The translations under genes and the position numbers were made by a program. The notes below the pieces were generated by a model. It made no database searches, was not told the origin of the DNA, and was given only the letters and a program-made list of their open reading frames with translations. From Marinifilaceae bacterium (GTDB lineage: Bacteria > Bacteroidota > Bacteroidia > Bacteroidales > Marinifilaceae), in NCBI GenBank assembly GCA_041725895.1, contig JBGRQA010000005.1, positions 141,134-205,133 of the forward strand: a stretch of 64,000 nucleotides of DNA. The letters are read 5' to 3'. Positions within the stretch are counted from its first letter, which is position 1; the number at the start of each line of letters is the position of its first letter. Below are positions 50,574 through 59,852 of this stretch, piece after piece.

Positions 50574-51788
50574 TTAGGATTCTGATTTCAGAGTCGCCAC
50601 AACAACAATTGGATTATCTTCACTCTTCACATGGGAAACCAATTCCTTTAACTCGTCCTGCTTCTGTTGGGAAACAGCATTTCCCCATTGAAAATCCTCC
50701 TTCTGAAAGCTTTCCTTGAAAGCGGAAGCATTCCGCCAATTGCACAAATATTTGTCCTGATATATCCGCTTGGGCCAAAAGGTTTGGCCTCCATCCAAAT
50801 CATTCAAAAGGCCATAGGATCCGCTTGCTGTTTGCACAGAATAGAATTCCTTATTCACTTTATCATACAATCCGGTTATTATCTTTCCCTTGTAATCAAA
50901 ACTCATACAGGAGACAAACAACCATTTTTCACTCTCGTACACAATAGGATTCAAATATTTCCCTGCATAGTTTTGGTAACGCTTCATATCCTCTACGTAT
51001 TCTATTCGTTTCTCGACGGGGATAAATTTTTCGCCTAGCTCCAATTTATAAATCGGTTTCATTTCAGTTGGGCTGGCACAGGTAAAAATGGTATCACCAT
51101 ATAGTTTCCGGAAATGAAGCTTATTTTGATAATGATAGAAATACCGATCCGGAATCATCCAGAAAACACCGTTCCCATGAACAGTAAAACGTTCATGATT
51201 TGTAAATCCTTTGATACTATCCAATTCAACACCAAAAGAGATAGCCTTTATTTCTTTCTCTCCCTGCGGATTTCGCACATGAAGCAGAAAGGAAGTGGAA
51301 TCGATCCAATCAAAAGCCATTCCCGGCTGATCAGGAACAGGAAATTCCTCTATATAATTTCCTAAAAAATCGTACACAACCAGTTTTTGACGTCCTCCTG
51401 CACTAACGTATACCCGTTGAAGTTCCTGATTTACGGAAAGATGGTAAACTCTGGCATATTCACCAGGCCCCTTACCTATTGCTCCCACTTTACGAATAAA
51501 TTTTCCTGCCCGGTTGAATTGCATGACTGCATCGGAAGAATGGGTAAAAATAAATTGATCGGTAACAATCACATCTCGTATTCTCCCTAAATAGGAATCG
51601 TCATTCGTTTCCAGTGGAATGTATTGAATATCTTCAGCAAGAGCCGATAAATTTACACTTCGGCAATTGTCAAGATTCGCATTCAGTTCAACGTGGATGA
51701 TACCATCAACTTCCTTTTTGGAAGAGGTAGATCCACAGCTCCAAAGAAGGGTGGAAAGAAGAAAAAGAAAAACAGTTCGTAGAAGCAT
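50574..51788 (-). CDS. lipoprotein, probable 6-bladed beta-propeller family (BF3164/DUF5128-like)
   Basis: Lipobox LLWSCGS, and a beta-rich 404-aa body with repeated aromatic/Gly blades. The family assignment is from memory and weak. Confidence 0.45.
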   Translation of the reverse strand: MLLRTVFLFLLSTLLWSCGSTSSKKEVDGIIHVELNANLDNCRSVNLSALAEDIQYIPLETNDDSYLGRIRDVIVTDQFIFTHSSDAVMQFNRAGKFIRKVGAIGKGPGEYARVYHLSVNQELQRVYVSAGGRQKLVVYDFLGNYIEEFPVPDQPGMAFDWIDSTSFLLHVRNPQGEKEIKAISFGVELDSIKGFTNHERFTVHGNGVFWMIPDRYFYHYQNKLHFRKLYGDTIFTCASPTEMKPIYKLELGEKFIPVEKRIEYVEDMKRYQNYAGKYLNPIVYESEKWLFVSCMSFDYKGKIITGLYDKVNKEFYSVQTASGSYGLLNDLDGGQTFWPKRIYQDKYLCNWRNASAFKESFQKEDFQWGNAVSQQKQDELKELVSHVKSEDNPIVVVATLKSES

Positions 51789-51835
51789 GGTTAGTTAGAT
51801 TTAAAAACATAAAATATTATTCCAGAAATATAAAA

Positions 51836-51872
51836 CGAAAAAAGCAGGATCTTTCAAAGGAAAGTCCTGCTT
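51836..51872 (-). terminator. rho-independent terminator after the LytTR gene
   Basis: On the minus strand, AGCAGGA-loop-TCCTGCT is followed by TTTTTT. Confidence 0.6.
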
Positions 51873-51905
51873 TACAACAATTCATTTAATTTCACTTTTA
51901 ACAAT

Positions 51906-52268
51906 CTAATGGTGAACTCTTAGATCCAAACTCAATTTTTCCAACAATTCCTGCTTTCGCCGCCTTGCTACCGGTATGGAAGCCCCATCCTGAAGTATCA
52001 ATTGATCGGAACCAAAATTGTACTCCCGAACCTGTGAAAGGTTCACAAGAAAAGAGCGATGAATTCGGAAAAAGCCCAGAGAGTTAATCCGTTCCTCCAC
52101 CTTGGCGATGGATTGAGAAATGGTTAAACTCTCTCCATTTTTGAGGAAAATAACACTATAATTCTCCGCTGCCCGACAATATAAAATTTCATAAAGCCAA
52201 AGTAAATGCAGCCTTCGCTCCCCAGAAAAAGTGACCTTTTTGTGATAGTCAATAGTTAATTCGAGCAT
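51906..52268 (-). CDS. stand-alone LytTR DNA-binding domain protein (no receiver domain)
   Basis: 120 aa. ...ILYCRAAENYSVIFLKNGESLTISQSIAKVEERI...FFRIHRSFLVNLSQV is the LytTR signature. Confidence 0.85.
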   Translation of the reverse strand: MLELTIDYHKKVTFSGERRLHLLWLYEILYCRAAENYSVIFLKNGESLTISQSIAKVEERINSLGFFRIHRSFLVNLSQVREYNFGSDQLILQDGASIPVARRRKQELLEKLSLDLRVHH

Positions 52269-52300
52269 AAATTTCAGGTTTTATAATTTTAGTTGTACCC

Positions 52301-52331
52301 CTTTATTCCCAAAATTGAGAAAAGGTAACCC
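52301..52331 (-). promoter_or_regulatory. alternative-sigma-type promoter motif, copy B
   Basis: Minus strand: GGGTTACCTTTT-CTCAATTTTG-GGAATAAAG, 32 nt upstream of the LytTR gene ATG. Confidence 0.65.
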
Positions 52332-52671
52332 TAAATTCCATTATGTTTGACAAAAATCGAAAAAATAATGAGGAAACAGCTGGCTTTCACCTCAAAAATA
52401 TTTACACTAGAAGAATAGGCATAAGAAAAATCTCATTCTATAGGAAAGTTCTTGTGCAAAATTAGGGGAGCAAAGGAGGAACTTCAAAAATAACTTTTTC
52501 GAAATCTGAATTTAGCAACTTTGAAAAAACATTATAGCCAAACAAAAAGAAAGAAAACAAGGTAGGAACAAAGATCAACTATAGTTACTCTGAACTCATA
52601 TATAAATCAACCCAACAAAGTATCTGAATTTCTTCCTGTAAATGTAACCCACTAAAAAGAATTCAATCGGT

Positions 52672-53376
52672 TTAAAAAATACTCCCTACCTTTTTAAGAG
52701 CCTTTACATCTAAAATTCGAATCTTCCGTCCACTTAGTTCTATCATTTTATCGGATTTAAACTCGGATAGAAGACGGATCACAGATTCGGTAGCGGTCCC
52801 TACCATATTGGCCATTTCTTCGCGTGTAAGCGAAATTAAGAGGGTTTTATCATCAGACAGGCCAAATGTATCCATGAGTAGGATAAGAACTTCAGCCAAT
52901 CGCTCACGAACCGATTTCTGAGCGATATCGGTTATGTAATTGTTGGATTCGCCCAACTCCCTACAGGTAATCTGCATAAGTTCCAGAGAGAAGTTAGGAT
53001 TGGATTGAATCAAATGGGAGAGAACATTACCGGGGATAAAACAAAGAACTGCATCTTCAATAACTTTGGACGATGTACAAGCTCTTTCCTGACTTAAAAC
53101 AGATCGAAATCCAATCAAATCACCGCCCTTGGCAAAACGAATAATTTGTTCCTTTCCCTCGATTCCCGTTTTGTAAATCTTTAAAATACCCGAATAGATA
53201 AAGAAACAGCCATTTGCACGACTGCCTTCAGTATATACAACACTGCCTCTTTTAAAAAACTCACAATTGTCATCCAGAAATAGATAATTCAATTCATCAA
53301 CAGATAGATTGCGAAAAGTTTTTGAGAACTTCTCTGCACATTGATCACAATTGGGAAGACTTGCTGCCTGCTTCAT
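52672..53376 (-). CDS. Crp/Fnr family transcriptional regulator
   Basis: cNMP-binding beta-roll (FKRGSVVYTEG...FFIYSGILKIYK) plus a C-terminal HTH (TREEMANMVGTATESVIRLLSEF). Confidence 0.88.
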   Translation of the reverse strand: MKQAASLPNCDQCAEKFSKTFRNLSVDELNYLFLDDNCEFFKRGSVVYTEGSRANGCFFIYSGILKIYKTGIEGKEQIIRFAKGGDLIGFRSVLSQERACTSSKVIEDAVLCFIPGNVLSHLIQSNPNFSLELMQITCRELGESNNYITDIAQKSVRERLAEVLILLMDTFGLSDDKTLLISLTREEMANMVGTATESVIRLLSEFKSDKMIELSGRKIRILDVKALKKVGSIF

Positions 53377-53599
53377 TCGAAACTTCCAAATATTAAGGCT
53401 GTCACTCCACGAGCAACACCCTGCCAGTTAAACGTAAAATTAGACAATAAATTCACCGGCTAACCCACTAATCAATTCAAGGGAATTGATTATTTTTCTA
53501 CTTTCATAAAGGTCACCACACCTTTGTCGGTTTTAGCTCTAAATATACAAATTAAACTTAGATATTTGCAACTAGAAAACACTCTAAACATAAGAAAAA

Positions 53600-54016
53600 A
53601 TGAAGCATACTGTAAACATGACCTGGCTTGGAAATATGGCATTCGAAACGGAAATGGATGGACATAAGGTAATAACTGATGGCAGCATTGAAAATGGAGG
53701 AGATAACAAAGGTCCTCGACCTAAGGCGTTAATGTTAACAGCACTGGCGGGTTGCACGGGAATTGACATGGCTCTTATTCTAAAAAAAATGAGAGTAGAG
53801 GTACAAGATATGAACGTAAGTGTAGAAGGAGAATTAAGCGAAGAACAACCTCAATACTACACAAAAATGCATGTTATCTATGAATTTTGGGGGCAGGATT
53901 TACCAAAACATAAAATCGAAAGAGCCGTTAAGCTATCGGAAGAAGAATATTGTGGAGTAAGTGCCCTTTATAAAAAGGCCATTGAAGTAACTTCGGAAAT
54001 AGTATACCATGAATAA
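53600..54016 (+). CDS. OsmC family protein
   Basis: 138 aa. GPRPKALMLTALAGCTGID ... EEYCGVS gives the two conserved Cys regions of OsmC/Ohr. Confidence 0.85.
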   Translation: MKHTVNMTWLGNMAFETEMDGHKVITDGSIENGGDNKGPRPKALMLTALAGCTGIDMALILKKMRVEVQDMNVSVEGELSEEQPQYYTKMHVIYEFWGQDLPKHKIERAVKLSEEEYCGVSALYKKAIEVTSEIVYHE

Positions 54017-54022
54017 CAAAAA

Positions 54023-54047
54023 TGCCCCTGAATCGGCTTCAGGGGCA
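54023..54047. terminator. bidirectional terminator between the OsmC gene and pheS
   Basis: Stem TGCCCCTGAA-tcggc-TTCAGGGGCA, flanked by A-runs and T-runs. Confidence 0.7.
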
Positions 54048-54070
54048 CTTTAAATATTTTGTATAGTAAT

Positions 54071-55093
54071 TTAAAATCCTGCGGCAGTAAATTGCTCCAG
54101 GAAGCGGATATCATTCTCAAAGAATAAGCGTAGATCTTTGATTCCATACTTCAACATGGTAATCCGCTCAACACCCATCCCCAGTGCAAAACCAGTGTAT
54201 TTCTTGCTGTCGATACCGTTCAGTTCCATAACATTTGGATCAACCATACCACAACCCAGAATTTCCAACCATCCGGTTCCCTTACAAACATTACATCCTT
54301 TTCCTCCACACAACGAACAGGTTACATCCACCTCTGCCGATGGCTCAGTAAATGGGAAATAGGAAGGACGCAAGCGAATTTCGGTTTTCTCACCAAAGAA
54401 CTCCTTAGCAAAATAGGTAAGTGTTTGCTTTAAGTCCGCAAAAGAAACATTCTCATCAATATACAGACACTCAATTTGATGGAAAATACAGTGCGCACGG
54501 GCTGAAATGGCTTCGTTACGAAATACTCGACCAGGAGTCAGGCAACGAATAGGTAGCTCCATTTCCTCCATATCATGAGCCTGCACCGAAGAAGTATGGG
54601 TACGAAGCAGAATATCTGGATTTTTCTCGATAAAAAAAGTATCCTGCATATCACGAGCCGGATGCTCTTCGGGGAAGTTCAACGCAGAGAAATTGTGCCA
54701 ATCATCTTCAATTTCTGGTCCTTCGGAGATCGTAAAGCCTAAACGAGTAAAAATATCGATGATTTCATTCTTTACTAGAGAAAGAGGATGACGAGAACCC
54801 AATTTTACAGGATCACCAGGCAGGGTAAGATCCATTCCGGATTTGCCAACCTCACCGGTGCAAAAACTCTCTTTCAACTCATTCACCTTATCCATAGCTG
54901 CAGTTTTAAGCACATTCAATGCTTGTCCTACGGCTTTTTTCTGTTCGTTGGGTACAGTTTTAAAATCAGTGAACAATGCTGCAATGGTTCCCTTTTTACT
55001 AAGGTGCTTTATTCTGAATTGTTCTACCTCTTCAAGTGTGGTAGCTGAAAATCCGTTCAGCTCCTCCTGTAATTCTTTTATCTTATCTAACAT
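54071..55093 (-). CDS. pheS: phenylalanine--tRNA ligase alpha subunit
   Basis: 340 aa with class II aaRS motifs (HPARDMQDTF, FRNE, GFALGMGVERI). Confidence 0.96.
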   Translation of the reverse strand: MLDKIKELQEELNGFSATTLEEVEQFRIKHLSKKGTIAALFTDFKTVPNEQKKAVGQALNVLKTAAMDKVNELKESFCTGEVGKSGMDLTLPGDPVKLGSRHPLSLVKNEIIDIFTRLGFTISEGPEIEDDWHNFSALNFPEEHPARDMQDTFFIEKNPDILLRTHTSSVQAHDMEEMELPIRCLTPGRVFRNEAISARAHCIFHQIECLYIDENVSFADLKQTLTYFAKEFFGEKTEIRLRPSYFPFTEPSAEVDVTCSLCGGKGCNVCKGTGWLEILGCGMVDPNVMELNGIDSKKYTGFALGMGVERITMLKYGIKDLRLFFENDIRFLEQFTAAGF

Positions 55094-55204
55094 TTTTTAC
55101 ACGTTTAGTAATCTCGTTTGGCTTGCAAAGTTACGAAAAAGTTTTTTTTGAGATTATCTGTTTCACTTTTAATCCTTTCAAACCATTAAGGGGTGAAAGC
55201 GATA

Positions 55205-56035
55205 TCAGTACTTTAAAATCTTAACCTTAATGGTCACATCCTTATAGGGGCGATCGTTTGGGTCTGTTTTCAAGGCTGCAATACGGTCAATTACATCAAA
55301 TCCTTTCACCACCTCCCCAAAAACAGTATAATTCCCATCCAAATGGGGCACTCCACCTACAGTAGTATAGGCTTTCCTTTGTTCCGGGCTAAATATCAGT
55401 CTCCCAGGATCACTGTTGTAATCAAAATTGATGGAGGATTTTATACTATTCGCTAATTTTCTGAATTCTTCAACACTCTTCTCCTTTTTCAGAGAATCGA
55501 GAATTGCTCTTTTCCGGGGAGTTAAATAGCGCTTCACAATCTTTTTTCGTAGAGGCACATTCACCTCTTTTTCCATAAGATTTAATTCCTTTTCGGAATA
55601 TACTCTACCATGAGCGATATAGAATTGGGAAACATCCGATTCCTTGAAAATATTCACTTTATCGGGTTGGCGGGGGGCTGCCAAGGCCCCTTTCTTATGG
55701 AAATATTGTGGCTTGAATTCCGATTCAATGGTCCGGTTTGCTGCTCCATAGCCAATCAGAGCCCCCGGGGCGGCATTCCTTGAATCCTGTGATCCTCCCT
55801 GGAGCACAAAACCTTTTATTACCCTGTAAAAAAGGGTCCCGTCAAAATGCTTGTTCTCTATTAACTGCAAGAAATTCTTACGGTGTTTCGGGGTATCTTT
55901 GTAAAGCACCAATTCAATATTCCCAAAATTACTTTGAATTTGAACAAGAGTTCTATCATCTTTCTGAGCCGAACAAACTGCAAGCATGCAAAATAGGAAG
56001 ACGAATAAAAAACTAACTGCTTTTCTCTTCACCAT
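55205..56035 (-). CDS. cyclophilin-type peptidyl-prolyl cis-trans isomerase (secreted)
   Basis: FYRVIKGFVLQGG and YTVFGEVV motifs. I place the start at ATG 56035 (MVKRKAVSFLFVFLFCMLAVCSAQ), which gives a normal signal peptide. Confidence 0.85.
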   Translation of the reverse strand: MVKRKAVSFLFVFLFCMLAVCSAQKDDRTLVQIQSNFGNIELVLYKDTPKHRKNFLQLIENKHFDGTLFYRVIKGFVLQGGSQDSRNAAPGALIGYGAANRTIESEFKPQYFHKKGALAAPRQPDKVNIFKESDVSQFYIAHGRVYSEKELNLMEKEVNVPLRKKIVKRYLTPRKRAILDSLKKEKSVEEFRKLANSIKSSINFDYNSDPGRLIFSPEQRKAYTTVGGVPHLDGNYTVFGEVVKGFDVIDRIAALKTDPNDRPYKDVTIKVKILKY

Positions 56036-56204
56036 GACTGTAATTAATTTAGATAAAAGAGATTGAACCAATGTGTACAATCTCAAATTTCACCCGAATA
56101 TAAAAATGCACAATGGGCTTTCCAAATAATCCTCTCTTCCTTCCCTAAAAGAATGGCTCCGAGAGAGATTTTCCCGAAGCCAAACTTGAATGAATTCAAC
56201 TATC

Positions 56205-57032
56205 TTATTGCAAAACTTTAATTGTCATTTCGATATCCTTTAAAGGTCTGTCAAAAGGATCTTTCTCTACGGCAGCAATTTTATCGATTATTTCGAGTCC
56301 TTCTATAACTTCTCCGAAAACAGTGTAATTTCCATCCAAATGGGGAATCCCACCTATTGTGGTATAAGCTTTTCGTTGCGCTTCGGTCAATATTAGTTTT
56401 TCATCATTCATCAGAGAATCCACCATCTGTGGCATTTTCCCCTGGAAATCAGCAATTTTCAACATCTCTCCCTCCTCTTGCCATTTCATCAACTGGGTGC
56501 TGTATTTATTTCGCAAACGGTCAAAAATGGCAGCTCTTCTTCGGTTGTTGATTTTTACGACCAATGAATCCAATTCTCCGGAACGATACACTTTCCCTTG
56601 GGCAATATAGAATTGGGAACCGGCTGATTTCTTTTGGGGATTCACATTATCCCCTTCCCGGGCCGCAGCAATAACTCCTCTTTTATGAAATAGTTCCTTT
56701 TTGAATTCAGCAGGCAATTGATAACCTGGGCCGCCTTCCCCTAAACGGGCACCCGGTTCTGCTGTTTTCGAATCCGGATCTCCCCCCTGAATCATAAATC
56801 CATTGATTACCCGGTGAAACAGAGTTCCATTAAAAAACTCAGCCTTAGTGAGTTTCACAAAATTATCACGATGAACAGGTGTTTCGTCGTAAAGTCGAAT
56901 TTTCATATCTCCAAATTCAGTGGATACCTGAATTATCCTGTTGGTTTGATCAGTCTTAGACGCAGGTTTGTTGTTGGATTTACAAGATGTAATTAACAAC
57001 ACAAAAAGCAGTAAGTAAATGTAGTTTTTCAT
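56205..57032 (-). CDS. cyclophilin-type peptidyl-prolyl cis-trans isomerase (lipoprotein)
   Basis: Lipobox LLITSC. FHRVINGFMIQGGDP and YTVFGEVIEG motifs. Paralogue of the neighbouring PPIase. Confidence 0.88.
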   Translation of the reverse strand: MKNYIYLLLFVLLITSCKSNNKPASKTDQTNRIIQVSTEFGDMKIRLYDETPVHRDNFVKLTKAEFFNGTLFHRVINGFMIQGGDPDSKTAEPGARLGEGGPGYQLPAEFKKELFHKRGVIAAAREGDNVNPQKKSAGSQFYIAQGKVYRSGELDSLVVKINNRRRAAIFDRLRNKYSTQLMKWQEEGEMLKIADFQGKMPQMVDSLMNDEKLILTEAQRKAYTTIGGIPHLDGNYTVFGEVIEGLEIIDKIAAVEKDPFDRPLKDIEMTIKVLQ

Positions 57033-57051
57033 AGTATTATTTTATTTATTC

Positions 57052-57405
57052 TTAATCTTCAACCAGATATCCATTCTCCTTAAAATACTCAACAATGGAT
57101 GATTTTAACAACTGTTGCGCTTTATCTTTAGAAAATGAGGGCAAAAGTTTATTTCTCTCAAAAACCGGCCAATTATCTTCATCGACTCCAGTTTGGGTAT
57201 AGTAATTCCACCGCATAAACAATTTACAGGTGGCCAAATCAATTAAATCTGTTTTCTCTTGCTTGGTATATGATTTTTCAAATCCTTTTCCTCGCTCCTG
57301 AATACCGATGAGTAGCAACATTCCATTCAAATCGGCATCCACATCAAACTCTACAGATACTTTATAGAGCAATTTATTCCAATCTCTCTCCAAATTACTT
57401 TCCAT
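57052..57405 (-). CDS. hypothetical cytoplasmic protein (117 aa)
   Basis: Clean ORF with normal codon usage, in an operon-like position upstream of the PPIase genes. I recognise no motif. Confidence 0.5.
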   Translation of the reverse strand: MESNLERDWNKLLYKVSVEFDVDADLNGMLLLIGIQERGKGFEKSYTKQEKTDLIDLATCKLFMRWNYYTQTGVDEDNWPVFERNKLLPSFSKDKAQQLLKSSIVEYFKENGYLVED

Positions 57406-57495
57406 AGCTAATTTTTTTTTGAACCTTAAAATTACAGATTATTCGATATTTAGGGTGCTTCAGCGATTTTTTTTTTCAGTTTTTTAATTTTTTAA

Positions 57496-57527
57496 TTTGC
57501 GTATAAAGAAATTCCCACTTATATTTG
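57496..57527 (+). promoter_or_regulatory. Bacteroidota housekeeping-type promoter (TTTG-N20-TATATTTG) for the tRNA pair
   Basis: Matches the published Bacteroides consensus of -33 TTTG and -7 TAnnTTTG. It ends 20 nt before the first tRNA. Confidence 0.55.
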
Positions 57528-57546
57528 CATCGCTTTTAAGAGGAAA

Positions 57547-57624
57547 GGGCGGTTAGCTCAGTTGGTTCAGAGCACTTGGTTTACACCCAAGGGGTCATAG
57601 GTTCGAATCCTATACCGCCCACCA
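57547..57624 (+). tRNA. tRNA-Val (anticodon TAC), CCA encoded
   Basis: Acceptor stem GGGCGGT/ACCGCCC, anticodon stem CTTGG/CCAAG with loop TT-TAC-AC, T-arm GGTTCGAATCC, then A-CCA. Confidence 0.9.
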
Positions 57625-57649
57625 GATTGAAATAAAATCCTCCCATTTC

Positions 57650-57724
57650 GGGCGATTAGCTCAGTTGGTTCAGAGCACTTGGTTTACACCCAAGGGGTCA
57701 TAGGTTCGAATCCTATATCGCCCA
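57650..57724 (+). tRNA. tRNA-Val (anticodon TAC), second tandem copy, no encoded CCA
   Basis: The body is identical to copy 1 except for a compensated acceptor-stem pair (GGGCGAT/ATCGCCC). It is followed by CAC rather than CCA. Confidence 0.9.
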
Positions 57725-57727
57725 CAC

Positions 57728-57761
57728 AAGCATGATACTAAAAGTATCATGCTTTTTTTTT
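57728..57761 (+). terminator. rho-independent terminator after the tRNA pair
   Basis: Stem AAGCATGATACT-aaa-AGTATCATGCTT followed by T9. Confidence 0.85.
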
Positions 57762-58039
57762 ATCATTCAATTCGGGAATAACCACCTCCGCCCGAAATTC
57801 TAAACTATAAACCAATCTTCTTATTTTTGATTCTATTTTTAGACTGTCTTTGACAAGATAATATTGAATCGAACAAATCTCAAAGATTAATACTATATTG
57901 TGACTGTTTATGTTAATGAAAGCAAACTACTCATGTATAAAAGCATATTATTGATAAAAAATAAGCTTTTAATAATCATCATTAAATAAGATGGTTATCA
58001 TTCCACAATCGCGTTTTTTTATATTTTTTTTCAAGTTAA

Positions 58040-58070
58040 GGGTTACCTTTTAGTCAAAAGGAGAATAAAG
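58040..58070 (+). promoter_or_regulatory. alternative-sigma-type promoter motif, copy C (in front of the sigma gene itself)
   Basis: GGGTTACCTTTT-AGTCAAAAGG-AGAATAAAG, ending only 10 nt before the sigma gene ATG. Confidence 0.65.
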
Positions 58071-58080
58071 GGGTAGAAAT

Positions 58081-58641
58081 ATGGATTACACTACCGAAGC
58101 AATACTCGAGGGTATCAGTAGAAGCAATAACGATGTATTAAAATACGTATACAGCAAGTTTTACCCAAGTATTAGAAACTTTATAGAAAATAATAATGGA
58201 AATGAAGAGGACGCACGTGATCTTTTTCAAGAGGCCATTATTGTAATCTATCGTAAAATGAAAAAAGAACCTCTGGTTCTCAATTGTAACTTTAAAACCT
58301 ATATCTATTCGGTTTGTAAGTTACTATGGCTAAAACAACTGGAGAAACGAAGACAAAACAATGAGGTCTCCGACGATTCCCTATTGGATAACCGTTTGGA
58401 CGAAGTAACCCAAAACTGGGAGGAAACGGAACGATACAGGTTGTATCAGAAACACTTCCTTCGACTGGGAGACGATTGCCAAAAAGTTCTTCGACTCTCC
58501 CTAGAGAAAGTCTCCCTGAAGAAAATAGCCGAAATTATGGGCTACAAAGGGGAAAAATATGCGAAAAAAAGAAAATTTCAGTGTAAACAACAACTTGTGG
58601 AAAGTATAAAAAATGATAACCAATATAATGAAGTACAATGA
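58081..58641 (+). CDS. sigma-70 family (ECF-like) RNA polymerase sigma factor
   Basis: 186 aa. Region-2-like DARDLFQEAIIVIYRKM...YIYSVCKLLWL, and region-4 HTH CQKVLRLSLEKVSLKKIAEIMGY. Confidence 0.8.
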   Translation: MDYTTEAILEGISRSNNDVLKYVYSKFYPSIRNFIENNNGNEEDARDLFQEAIIVIYRKMKKEPLVLNCNFKTYIYSVCKLLWLKQLEKRRQNNEVSDDSLLDNRLDEVTQNWEETERYRLYQKHFLRLGDDCQKVLRLSLEKVSLKKIAEIMGYKGEKYAKKRKFQCKQQLVESIKNDNQYNEVQ

Positions 58642-59390
58642 TGAATGAAAAGTTAAATTTTGAACGAATCGAGGAATTTCTGGATGGGGACTTAACCGGA
58701 GATGAATTGATGGAATTCGAACAGGATCTACTCGACGATTCCGACCTACAAATGGAGTTAGACCTTCATGAAGAAATCAATATGGCAATCATGGAGGATG
58801 ACGTTATGGACCTACGGGCGAAACTGGAAGCCATAGAACCTCCTGCAAGTGATAAGAAGAGACGATTATCACTATTCCTAGGAAAATGGCAATTGGCTGC
58901 AGCATCGTTAATCCTAATGATTGGTATTAGTAGCTTGTTCTACCTGTTGGGAGACCGCACCTATACCAATGAGGAAATCTACAGCAGTTACTACAAACCG
59001 TACAATGTTGTTATCAACACCCGTTCTGCTGAAGGAAGTACCAATGACATACTGGTAAATGCCTTGCAAAGTTACGAAGCAAAAGACTACCGGACTGCAT
59101 TGAGCTTATTCAAAGATGTTCTTGACAAAGACAGCTTGAATGTTACCGGAAACTTCTATTCAGGAGTTTCAAACATCGAAATTAAAGAGTATGATGCCGC
59201 GAATGTAAACTTTACTCGTGTAATCAAACATAAAAACAATTTATTCCTGGAGCAATCAGAATGGAATTTAGCCTTCTGTTACCTCATGACAGAAGAAAAA
59301 GAAAAAGCAATTAAGCAATTTCAATACATAGCAGCAAGCAACAGCTACTACAAGTCCAAAGCCCAGGAGATTTTAAATAAGCTGGAATAG
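58638..59390 (+). CDS. anti-sigma-factor-like single-pass membrane protein with extracytoplasmic TPR-like domain
   Basis: ATGA overlap with the sigma stop codon. It has an acidic N-terminal helix region (IEEFLDGDLTGDELMEFEQDL), a TM segment (WQLAAASLILMIGISSLFYLL) and a C-terminal TPR-like domain. Confidence 0.6.
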   Translation: MMNEKLNFERIEEFLDGDLTGDELMEFEQDLLDDSDLQMELDLHEEINMAIMEDDVMDLRAKLEAIEPPASDKKRRLSLFLGKWQLAAASLILMIGISSLFYLLGDRTYTNEEIYSSYYKPYNVVINTRSAEGSTNDILVNALQSYEAKDYRTALSLFKDVLDKDSLNVTGNFYSGVSNIEIKEYDAANVNFTRVIKHKNNLFLEQSEWNLAFCYLMTEEKEKAIKQFQYIAASNSYYKSKAQEILNKLE

Positions 59391-59418
59391 ATTACTTTTC
59401 ATTCATCGTCAAATATAG

Positions 59419-59454
59419 AAAGCCGTTTGATCACAATCGAACGGCTTTTTCTTT
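59419..59454 (+). terminator. rho-independent terminator after the sigma/anti-sigma pair
   Basis: Stem AAAGCCGTT-loop-AACGGCTTT followed by a T-run. Confidence 0.65.
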
Positions 59455-59852
59455 GCTTACACCTTACATAAAATTAAACCACATGCCACACGAAACTGTA
59501 GTGCTATTCATCCCTTAATAAATCGAATTATAGATACTTGTATTATTAAACAATCAGTTCATCAACTGACAGTCTCGAAATGTCCGAACACAAAATAGAA
59601 GAATGTCTTCCGGCAATTTGTCAACCTCCCCGTCTAGCAAAATAGAACCGTAATCCTTTATATCATTGTGATTCAAATACTATTTTGTGAAGTCGAAAGA
59701 TATGGATTATTGCTCTGCAAAAATGGAAAGTGATTCGATCCTAAACCAAACATGAAATGGCATACTTACCATATCCTTTTGTTAATGTATTTTTTATTCA
59801 GTTAAATATTCTATAGCTTTCATATTGAACTGGCATTTACAAGTATTGCAAT

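Noticed and set aside
56036-56086. A 17-codon N-terminal extension of the first cyclophilin ORF.
   Set aside because: Starting at ATG 56035 yields a canonical signal peptide (MVKRKAVSFLFVFLFCMLAVCSAQ). The longer form buries it.
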